Shown in pieces: positions 56,121 through 64,000 of a stretch of DNA of 64,000 nucleotides (position 1 is its first letter; each line of letters opens with the position of its first letter). The notes beneath the pieces are model-generated. The model was not told where the DNA came from. It made no database searches and saw nothing but the letters and a program-made list of their open reading frames with translations. The DNA is from a virus. The stretch is taken from the IMG/VR virus record IMGVR_UViG_3300030419_005456, positions 61,571 to 125,570 of that record. The stretch is one strand, 5' to 3'. The translations under genes were made by a program, and so were the position numbers.

Positions 56121-56167
56121 TAGCCAGTTAGGAATCGAACCTAATAAATGACCGACTACATCTGGCT
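56121..56167 (-). other. Truncated tRNA-like element (acceptor stem + T arm)
   Basis: AGCCAG...TTAGG-TTCGATT-CCTAA-CTGGCT-A. Confidence 0.55.
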
Positions 56168-56178
56168 TTTAGAAAGAG

Positions 56179-56733
56179 TTATTCTTTCTTATTCTCTTTT
56201 GTCTCGAACAGATTTTCAATCTTAGCATTAAGAATATCTACCTGTTCTTTGTTGTTAGGAACAGAACCTTCAACAGTCTTATCAAAATCAGGAGTCTTAA
56301 TAGCTTCTGTTTTGACTTCTCTTGGAGTTCTATTTACAAAATTAGGATGTTCGGGAAAGGTATCTTGCATCGCTGCATGATAGCCCTTCTGGTAATGGTT
56401 CTCTGCGATTGTGTCATATTCCCAATCAAGTTGAGAAAGACCTCTGGTGTAACCTTCATGCCAAAGATTGTCTAAGACATCTCGGTTGTCACCATCCAAA
56501 TAAGCTACCACTCCCTCAAGTCTCCCCTGAGCAATTAGCTGCTCTTTTGTCAACTCATGTATATCATTGAGTCTTAGTGACAAAAGCTCATTAGTCCACT
56601 CAGTATTAATGTTGGCTCTCATCTCGGCTAATTTAACCTGAGCATTGAGCTTGTCAATCTTCCACTGTTGCAGAAGCATAACATTAACAAACGTAAACAC
56701 AACGCCAAACAACAATAAAGCATACTTTTTCAT
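56179..56733 (-). CDS. Hypothetical membrane-anchored protein
   Basis: N-terminal TM, repeated GY..G motifs. Confidence 0.55.
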   Translation of the reverse strand: MKKYALLLFGVVFTFVNVMLLQQWKIDKLNAQVKLAEMRANINTEWTNELLSLRLNDIHELTKEQLIAQGRLEGVVAYLDGDNRDVLDNLWHEGYTRGLSQLDWEYDTIAENHYQKGYHAAMQDTFPEHPNFVNRTPREVKTEAIKTPDFDKTVEGSVPNNKEQVDILNAKIENLFETKENKKE

Positions 56734-56744
56734 TTTATGTTTCC

Positions 56745-57128
56745 TTAAAATGCAACATCTTCTTTAGGTGTTTCAGTTTCAAAAACTTCTTCAGTGTTGG
56801 CAACATCGTTTTTGCCACCAAGGAATTGAACGGTGTTAGCCATAATTTCTGTTACATATCGCATTTCACCTTCCTTGTTCTCATAGCTTCTGCTCTTAAT
56901 TCGACCAGAAACTAAAACGCTTCGACCCTTTTTAAGATAGTCTCTGCAAGACTCTGCTTGTTTTCCGAAAACAACAGCGTCAATGTAAAGAGTCTCTTCG
57001 GATTCACCTCTGCGAGAATTAACAGCCAGTCGAAGGGTAGTTACACCACCTTTACCACTAGGCAAGTCCCTGTAAACAGGGTCTTTAGTTAAATTACCCA
57101 CTAAGATAGCTTCGTTAAAACTACTCAT
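56745..57128 (-). CDS. ssb: Second single-stranded DNA-binding protein
   Basis: LVGNLTKDP, LRLAVN, FGKQAE, LKKG..VLVSGRI, acidic tail EDVAF. Confidence 0.92.
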   Translation of the reverse strand: MSSFNEAILVGNLTKDPVYRDLPSGKGGVTTLRLAVNSRRGESEETLYIDAVVFGKQAESCRDYLKKGRSVLVSGRIKSRSYENKEGEMRYVTEIMANTVQFLGGKNDVANTEEVFETETPKEDVAF

Positions 57129-57150
57129 TAAAAAATCTCCCATACAAAAT

Positions 57151-57185
57151 AAAAAAGTTAGCTGTGGGGGTTATACCCCCACAGC
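57151..57185 (-). terminator. Terminator hairpin
   Basis: Perfect 10-bp GCTGTGGGGG/CCCCCACAGC followed by TAACTTTTTT. Confidence 0.7.
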
Positions 57186-57204
57186 CAGACAGAGGCTTTC
57201 AAAT

Positions 57205-57522
57205 TTACAATCCAAGAACCTGTTTAATTTTACCTCTCAAAACCTGATAGTTACCTCTGTTTGAGGTAGCTTCTGTAGCATTAACCACACTGTTTGCGAG
57301 GGTTGGTGTAAGCTCATTGGCTTTGCCAGCGGCTTTTCGCCCACGTTGATTTACACCATAGTTGCCATGCCCGCTTGAACGAGCAACAGCAGTAATAGGG
57401 TCATATACTTTACCCTTGGTTTTTCCGTTGCGAGCCTTAGCTCTAATCTTATTTCCTTGTAAGTACCACTTGTAAGCCTTAGTGGTATCCGACAGTGCTA
57501 AAAGAAATTGAATCTCAGTCAT
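57205..57522 (-). CDS. Hypothetical basic protein
   Basis: ORF. Confidence 0.6.
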   Translation of the reverse strand: MTEIQFLLALSDTTKAYKWYLQGNKIRAKARNGKTKGKVYDPITAVARSSGHGNYGVNQRGRKAAGKANELTPTLANSVVNATEATSNRGNYQVLRGKIKQVLGL

Positions 57523-57675
57523 TACTATCTTCTTCCTTATCTGTTTTAGTGTCTAGTTCATCCTTGCACTCTCTAATGTGCGCTTTCAATGCGTCAACTT
57601 GAGCTTCAAGTTCTTTCAATTTCTGTTCTACTTGTACAATGTAAGCCTCTGCCATTTCTTTTTGTGAAGGCATGA

Positions 57676-57984
57676 TTAATACTCCTTTACTATCTCAGGG
57701 TCAGAATTTATAATTTCTCCGGTGTCGGAGGTGTGAATAAAATAACTATAATCAATTAGGTGTACTTCAACTTCAGATACATCTGCTTGTTGTATGTGGG
57801 TACACCATAAATTTACTCTCCACCTATTGTCCCACAGGTTTCTAGCTGTAATTTTATGTAAGTTTTTAGGTCTGCCAAGCAACTCCAATACTTGTTTCTT
57901 AACAGATTCTTCTAAGGAAATCTTGTTTTGCTTTTTAGGAGGTTGCTGTTTGACTTCTTTCTTCGGTAGTGATTCTGTCAACAT
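57676..57984 (-). CDS. Hypothetical protein
   Basis: ORF. Confidence 0.55.
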   Translation of the reverse strand: MLTESLPKKEVKQQPPKKQNKISLEESVKKQVLELLGRPKNLHKITARNLWDNRWRVNLWCTHIQQADVSEVEVHLIDYSYFIHTSDTGEIINSDPEIVKEY

Positions 57985-58270
57985 TTTCGTTCCTTTCTAA
58001 GTGCTTATAAATATCAACTACGTTATGGTAACGCTTCAACTGAGCCGCTGTTTTTGCCGGTACTTTTTTAAGGAAGGATGCCAAGTCACATTCTGAACCT
58101 CTGGAAATACAAGCACTTAATAATAATATATCACTCGCCTTCAATTTATTCAAGGCCGTTATTAGTGGTTTTTTATCTTTTACTGTATAGCTCAATGTAG
58201 ACATAAAGCAGTCTATATATAATTCTTTGTCGCTGGGGCGACCAACTTGATTCTTCATCTCAAACTCCAT
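57935..58270 (-). CDS. Hypothetical protein
   Basis: ORF. Confidence 0.5.
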   Translation of the reverse strand: MEFEMKNQVGRPSDKELYIDCFMSTLSYTVKDKKPLITALNKLKASDILLLSACISRGSECDLASFLKKVPAKTAAQLKRYHNVVDIYKHLERNENVDRITTEERSQTATS

Positions 58271-58557
58271 ACTCTAAAAAGGCCATCTAATCTTGTCCTG
58301 TATTTCTTCTGGAAGGTCTGCCAACATTTTTTCTACGTCAGGTTCGTCTGTTGTTCCATCGGCAGTTAGTTTTAGCACAACCTCATCGCTGTTTTCCAGA
58401 ATCTTTATGATTTCATCTGTGTTTATTTCTATTACGATCTTTTTCATCTAAGCTATGTTCATAAAGTATACAGGCAGCAAACAAAAACGCCATCCCTAAT
58501 CTAGTTGGTTCAAATCCATGTGAGGCAACTGTCAGCAAGGCCAACCAAGAAAGTAAT

Positions 58558-58884
58558 CTAGCTGTTAGACTGCACATTATAATCCGCTGGTTTAGGCATT
58601 ATCTCATTAAAATCTGGTAAATCAAAAGGGCTTATATCCTCACCTATAATTTCTTCTACAATAATAGCTTTTCTACCGTCTGTTTCTCCTGCCGGTAGAT
58701 GCCAAGTACGTTTAACTTCGGGTGTATATCTCTCGTATAGTTCTGTCAGCTTGACAACTCTATCCTGCATGAATTTACTGAGATTATCATTTTTTCCTCT
58801 TGGTGGGCTATGTTTATTTCTCTTAACATATTCATTCTTGTGAACCACCGTTAGGTGTTGTGTCATCTCTAAATCCATGTTCAT
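58558..58884 (-). CDS. Hypothetical protein
   Basis: ORF. Confidence 0.5.
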   Translation of the reverse strand: MNMDLEMTQHLTVVHKNEYVKRNKHSPPRGKNDNLSKFMQDRVVKLTELYERYTPEVKRTWHLPAGETDGRKAIIVEEIIGEDISPFDLPDFNEIMPKPADYNVQSNS

Positions 58885-59014
58885 GTTCCTTCAAGATAGC
58901 GAGAAAAAAATCGTACTCAATTTCAAACTCAACTTCTCCATGTTCATCTATTGTTACCTCGACAAGATCGGGGTCAGTAATAGAGAGCTTTTGGAGAGAG
59001 CTAAGTATGTCCAT
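58832..59014 (-). CDS. Small acidic hypothetical protein
   Basis: ORF, start probably 59014. Confidence 0.45.
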   Translation of the reverse strand: MDILSSLQKLSITDPDLVEVTIDEHGEVEFEIEYDFFLAILKEHEHGFRDDTTPNGGSQE

Positions 59015-59140
59015 GATATTAAGCCCATTGGGATAATAGTCTAAATAATGCAGCGACCACCAAACCAACAGAAGCCCAACCGAGAGCTACCGCCATGTTT
59101 TTGAATTGTTCTTTCATTTTCTTTTCCCAAAAAAACTTAA

Positions 59141-59168
59141 TATGTGATTCATTCTACGACAAGCGAAA
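59141..59168 (-). promoter_or_regulatory. Sigma70-type promoter
   Basis: TTGATT-16-TAGAAT in intergenic gap. Confidence 0.5.
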
Positions 59169-59193
59169 GAAAAATCAAGCAAAAAACTGAATT

Positions 59194-59499
59194 TTAGTTG
59201 TTATAAGGCCATTTTTGAGCTAAAACCTTATTTACTCCATCTATCTCTACCAAGTAACGACCATACTTCCCTGTCTTTTCGGTTCGTATCAAAACGTGAC
59301 CATTTTCATCTGCCTGTGCAAGCAGTAGATTTTCCAGCATTAAGGTTGCTCTCTTGTAATCCTCATGCCCACGTTCGGGTGTGTCCACACCAATTAGTCT
59401 GGTTCTTATGCTTACAAAAATCTTAAATCCTAAGTCAACCTCAAAGTCAACGGTGTCGCCGTCTACACATCTTACGACCTTGGCCTTGTAGGTATACAT
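59194..59499 (-). CDS. Thermonuclease (SNase-like)
   Basis: VDGDT, DLGF, RLIGVDTPE, GKYGRYL. Confidence 0.88.
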   Translation of the reverse strand: MYTYKAKVVRCVDGDTVDFEVDLGFKIFVSIRTRLIGVDTPERGHEDYKRATLMLENLLLAQADENGHVLIRTEKTGKYGRYLVEIDGVNKVLAQKWPYNN

Positions 59500-60660
59500 C
59501 TATTTCTTCCTCATTTTTTTAATAGACTCATAGTGTTTAATGTGTTCTGTGTTGCTCGTAATCCTAAGAATTTCACAGTTGGGGTATTCTTCTTTTATCA
59601 CAGACTCGGCTTCTTTGCCTGTGATAGCCTCTATTATTTTGTTCTTTGTTTTTCCGTAAGCCATATAGTTTACTAAGTATTTCATCTTCTTCTCCTGATG
59701 ACTTTTTGTTCTTCTCTTTTTACTACATATAAGAGAAGAATGGCTATAGATACTTCTATGCCCCAAGCCATAAGACCTGCTAAAACCGCTTCCATGTTTA
59801 TTTATCCACAATCACTACGAGGTGGAAACTTCATTTCTTCTGTCATCCACTCTACCATTTCCGTATGGGAATCTGCCCACTGTTTCATTTCTGGGTGTAC
59901 AAGAAGCCATTTTTGATCCTCTATGTCCACCGCTGTTTTTGTTCTGTTAGCTTTTCTAATAAGCTCTTCGTATCTATTCATCTCCTTGCTTTCATTCATT
60001 TATCCTTCTCCACCTATATCTATCCTAAAAGGAACTTCCTTGTCTCTATGAGCCTCTAGCTCCTGATCGAAATGAATGACATCGTTGATGGCCTGCTGAA
60101 TAGAATCTTTCATACTAGAACGATACAACTTTCTCAGACTGAGTGCCAAGTAAGCCCTCTGGCTCCCATTAAGTTTTTCGTAGTTCTTAAATTCATTCCA
60201 GTCGTATCTAAATATTATTTGTTTACTCATACAAATCTCCGCTAAATTAAACTAAAACAAAGTCCAATGGTAGCACCTATAAAACCAAAAAGTAAGCTAT
60301 AGGCATCACTAGCTCCACCATCTGCTTGAACAGTGTACTCTTTAATACAACATACTAACGCTAAACATGCACAGGTCGATGGAATAGATATAAACCACCC
60401 TAGAACTGATGACAAAATAAAATAGGACAATAAATAGGTGAAGTAGGTTCTGTTCATTATATAATATTTAGCTTGTAATCGTGTCGTTTCAAGATACTTA
60501 GCTTTGTTCCTATATCATAATTCAATTCTTTTGCTCTACTCTTAATAGTTCTTTCGTTTCCGGTATAAAGCAATAATAGATTATTAAAAGTAGAGTCTGC
60601 CCACACACTAAGGGCGTATAAGCTACCATCATCAGATAGCATTGTTAGTCTAAACGTCAT
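59500..60660 (-). CDS. Array of small hypothetical ORFs (59500-59685, 59802-59999, 60000-60230, 60242-60457, 60457-60660)
   Basis: Abutting minus-strand ORFs, several with RBS. Confidence 0.5.
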
Positions 60661-60867
60661 GTTATTTCGTCCGTAAAATTGTAATCCAGCTAGTTTGTGT
60701 GATACATCTAGTGGCTAAATCCATCTTTCCATCTGTGCTTATCGGAGTCCCACCATTTTTTATATTTTTCTGCTATCTTCTTTGACTTCTCAGCAATTAT
60801 TCTTCGATGTTCTTTAGCTTCTTCTATATCCCAATCGTCATCTTCTCTCGGAGTATATTTTTTCTTC

Positions 60868-61311
60868 TTAGGCATGGTTATCAAACTGTTCTAAGAGTGA
60901 GCTAGAAGATTGTGTTTTTTTACCGCCTACATTATAGACGGTTTTAATTCCTCTCCATTCACAATATTCTTCTTCTGGGGAATTTCCTTTGGTTCTATCT
61001 CCACCGTTACAAAACGTCATGCTATCGAAGAAATAGTCAATAGCATTTTCATTGTATATAGCCTTGAGTGTTTCAACTACCGACTCGCTTTTATCAATAG
61101 AGAGAGTAACTTTGTCTACACCTTTTATTGCGCTGACGATTCTCATTCTTTCTATCTCATCCATAAAGGGTGTAGACCCCTTCAGTTTAACTTGATCGTC
61201 GTTGTTGACTATTACAATTAACCTGTCACCCAATTCAGATGCAGCCTTAATGTAGTCTAAGTGTCCTGTATGAATTGGATTAAAGTATCCTGATATAGCT
61301 ACTATTCTCAT
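60868..61311 (-). CDS. Cytidylyltransferase (TagD/RibL/RfaE-II-like)
   Basis: SGYFNPIHTGH, NGGDR, QSSS. Confidence 0.88.
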   Translation of the reverse strand: MRIVAISGYFNPIHTGHLDYIKAASELGDRLIVIVNNDDQVKLKGSTPFMDEIERMRIVSAIKGVDKVTLSIDKSESVVETLKAIYNENAIDYFFDSMTFCNGGDRTKGNSPEEEYCEWRGIKTVYNVGGKKTQSSSSLLEQFDNHA

Positions 61312-61440
61312 TTGTTTATCCTGCTATAATAATTTTGATTAAACTCCAAACAAATATAGCGAACAAAATAATGGTAGCTACAGCCATACCGTACAAAAAT
61401 AATGCCGCCCAAAAATCTTCTTTGATTCTATTCTTTTTGC

Positions 61441-61902
61441 TCATCGTGTGTCGCTCAGTTTGGTTCTACCTTGGATGCTCACCATTTGTCTGTTGTCCAT
61501 TTCAGGATCAAAGAGGGTGTGGGTGACTGTTTTCCAGCCGGAAGTTACCTCTCTTAACACTTTATCTTCTTTGTCAAAAAAAATACAAGACCAATTATTT
61601 TTATACCGCTTAGGAGTAATGCTATTTACATCTTCTGGGTCTGATGTTCTAGACCAGACTATCCGAAAATCCTTCACAACAAAGTCTGATATTGGATAGT
61701 TTAGACTTTCCCCTTTTCTGTTTACAAATAACCCACCTCTAAACTCCCACCAAATAATCTGAACAAAGTTCTTTTGGTAAACCTTATCCCCTTCATTGTA
61801 TTGGTAGTAGTGGTTGATCTCTACGAAATCAGAACTGTCTCGTATGATACCGTCGTGTGTAAGCGGTATTAATATAATTATGAAAATAATAAGAGTTCTC
61901 AT
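61441..61902 (-). CDS. Hypothetical exported protein
   Basis: Signal-like N-terminus. Confidence 0.55.
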   Translation of the reverse strand: MRTLIIFIIILIPLTHDGIIRDSSDFVEINHYYQYNEGDKVYQKNFVQIIWWEFRGGLFVNRKGESLNYPISDFVVKDFRIVWSRTSDPEDVNSITPKRYKNNWSCIFFDKEDKVLREVTSGWKTVTHTLFDPEMDNRQMVSIQGRTKLSDTR

Positions 61903-61942
61903 ACTTTATTATACGTTTTGTATAATAAAACAACAACCCGTC

Positions 61943-62212
61943 CTATTTTCTTTTGTTCCAGTTATCTCTGGCTTCCGCCCAATCACCACCAGACCCAGAT
62001 GAGGCTGTGCATTTGTCGCACTCATACCAATACATAGGTATTGAACCCAAACATTCTGCTGTAGGAGAACCACCGCAAAATGGACATGATAGCATTGTAT
62101 CTTCTGTAAACTCAATTACATCAACATCGTGAATACCACACTTGATGCACCACTTTGGCTTGTTGTCTAGATCAACAATTCTATTGCAACACTTAATTAG
62201 ATAGCTTGTCAT
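61943..62212 (-). CDS. Lar (restriction alleviation)-like zinc protein
   Basis: CPFCGG...CDKC...A...WN. Confidence 0.7.
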   Translation of the reverse strand: MTSYLIKCCNRIVDLDNKPKWCIKCGIHDVDVIEFTEDTMLSCPFCGGSPTAECLGSIPMYWYECDKCTASSGSGGDWAEARDNWNKRK

Positions 62213-62555
62213 CTTCTCTGCCGTATTTATCTTCTAATCTTACTATATCATCTTCCCTAGTGTCGCCCATTTGCATTTCATATATAACAAGAGGTTCTTC
62301 GGATATACACTCCATCTTATGCTTTTGCTCCTTGTTAATATAAACGGAGTCTCCAGCCGCCATCACAGCTTCATTATCGTCGAGGGTTAATTTACCCACA
62401 CCTCCTGTTACATGCCAAACCTCTTCTCTACCTTGGTGATACTGGTAGGATATGCTTTCACCACTAAGTATCATTATCTTCTTAAAAACTACATTGCTAC
62501 TTCTAAAATAGTCAACGTAACACCCCCAAGGTTTGTCTACTCTGTCCTTACTCAT
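62193..62555 (-). CDS. Cupin, mannose-6-phosphate isomerase type II C-terminal-like
   Basis: KPWG, SYQYH..REEVW, E.Q.G..EDDIVRLEDKYGR. Confidence 0.85.
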   Translation of the reverse strand: MSKDRVDKPWGCYVDYFRSSNVVFKKIMILSGESISYQYHQGREEVWHVTGGVGKLTLDDNEAVMAAGDSVYINKEQKHKMECISEEPLVIYEMQMGDTREDDIVRLEDKYGREDDKLSN

Positions 62556-62796
62556 TTAAGCAACCTTTCTCTGCTGATACAGCAGCGTTTCTTAGCTCTT
62601 CTTCATTGAGATTGACAAATGTTCCATCACCAAACCCCACCTGTACAAACTGTTGTTCCATATCGCCCTCATCAAATACGTCAGGCAATCCGACTACTTT
62701 GGCTGATATAATCATTTGTTCTTCCTTTTTGTTCTCGCATAAAATATTTCTATCAAGGCATAAACCAAAAAGACTAGGGGTATAACATACATTGGA

Positions 62797-63135
62797 TTAG
62801 ACATTAGTGCTTGCCGCCAAAAGTTCAGGTTCTTCTGACTGTTTCTCATCTTCATCTGGTATCATGTTCAATAACTCCGACTGTAGATCGTGAGCATAAT
62901 TCATCCAGTATTCAGCCTGATGATTAGCCAATTCTAGTTCTCTTTGTAGTCGAAGTTCTCTAATACTAACCCCATCCACAAGCTGTAGCTTTTCGGGTAA
63001 CTCCCAAACCATTCGGTCATGCGCCCAAATACTTAGCTTAACTAACCATCTAATATTCATTCTGGTTGTAATATCATGGAACCAAAAAACTGTTTGATTC
63101 CATTTCCTATTAACATAATTCAAAACTTTATACAT
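62797..63135 (-). CDS. Hypothetical protein
   Basis: ORF with AAGGA RBS. Confidence 0.5.
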   Translation of the reverse strand: MYKVLNYVNRKWNQTVFWFHDITTRMNIRWLVKLSIWAHDRMVWELPEKLQLVDGVSIRELRLQRELELANHQAEYWMNYAHDLQSELLNMIPDEDEKQSEEPELLAASTNV

Positions 63136-63161
63136 GATAATTTTCCTTAATTAAATGTTAG

Positions 63162-63235
63162 TAGACTCGGCAGGACTCGAACCTGCGACAAAGGGATTAT
63201 GAGTCCCCTGCTCTAACCAACTGAGCTACGAGTCC
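63162..63235 (-). tRNA. tRNA with CAT anticodon, probably tRNA-Ile2 (lysidine)
   Basis: GGACTCG/CGAGTCT acceptor; GGGGA-CTCATAA-TCCCT; resembles bacterial Ile2 rather than initiator. Confidence 0.9.
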
Positions 63236-63495
63236 TTAACTATCGAATGAGATAGGTGTATGTATATTGGTGTGTTTTTACCTACATATGCTCCTATAGT
63301 ATTGTATTCAATCCATTCAACACTATCTTCATATGTCATTCCAGCCTCTTGCATACATGCTTCTATCATTGCGTCGTAATCATATACAACTCTTGGTAGA
63401 TCATGACCACAAGCAACACCAATAATGGCTGAATCATAACCATCGGCAAATAGCAATTCGTCATATTGGTCTGTTAATTCTTCCCGTATGCTCAT
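63226..63495 (-). CDS. Conserved hypothetical phage protein
   Basis: ADGYDSAIIG...VVYD...EWIEYN..GAYVG.NTP; stop lies inside the tRNA 5' end. Confidence 0.65.
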   Translation of the reverse strand: MSIREELTDQYDELLFADGYDSAIIGVACGHDLPRVVYDYDAMIEACMQEAGMTYEDSVEWIEYNTIGAYVGKNTPIYIHLSHSIVKDS

Positions 63496-64000
63496 TAGAC
63501 TTCTCGGCTTTCTCTCGCATTTGATTGCCCAACTCTATTATCCTGCGTTCGATTTCTTCTCTGGTGGGCATTTTGCTGTACTCACCGCAATCATAACAAT
63601 ATCTCATGCCGTTGTCAATGAATATACAGTTTGAACAGGTGCAATCGGTCATATTACAGTAGTCTCCCCAAATTCCCAATCCAAAGACTCATTCTCCATG
63701 AGTTCTTTCAAATAGTTATATACATCTTCGTTGGTTACTTCGCTATTCTCAAACTCTAATTCAATAATTACTCGCTTACTCATCTTCAATGCCCCTCTGG
63801 TAAAGTAGAATCATGTATTAGTTTACTAACTCTTTTAGCCCGTGTCTTACTAAAAGGTCTGACTGCCCAGTAAGCTAATTCGCTAATAGGGTGTGAAAAC
63901 GTATTATGAACAAACCAACTTCTATATAACTTACTCATCTTCAATCTCCCTTAAATTTCTGGTCGGTTGCCTGATCTCTAGTGGTATCATAATCAACTTC

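Noticed and set aside
63162-63235. Initiator tRNA-fMet
   Set aside because: It lacks the C1:A72 mismatch and the GGG/CCC pairs adjacent to the anticodon loop; the anticodon arm matches the Ile2 type.

Overview
This window is 64 kb of a large (jumbo-like) tailed dsDNA phage genome, with no capsid, terminase or integrase gene in view. Essentially all genes lie on the minus strand in tightly overlapping operons and use the standard genetic code. In coordinate order it holds: a glycan-biosynthesis block (1-8.3 kb); a replication/recombination block (sigma factor, SSB, a DnaE polymerase split into two intein-free genes around a DEDDh exonuclease, Cas4-like nuclease, dNMP kinase, primase, DnaB, RecA); nucleotide metabolism (PhoH, dUTPase, class II RNR with a ~200-nt structured leader, dCMP deaminase); a peptidase/membrane-protein module; a second sigma factor with a DeoC-like pseudo-enzyme and ClpP; a second glycan block (GT4, GT47-like, KdsA, AsnB); a DUF1501 gene; rIIA/rIIB; a probable lysine-catabolism cassette with GlpX; tRNA-Arg, tmRNA and tRNA-Ile2; and many small early-type ORFs. 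DUF1501 and the tmRNA tag style suggest a Planctomycetota host (inference). Genes missing from or truncated in the ORF track were found by reading the DNA, including a metallothionein-like lipoprotein, an ATT-initiated FmdB-type zinc ribbon and a holin-like peptide. All family assignments come from motif recognition by eye; no searches were run.
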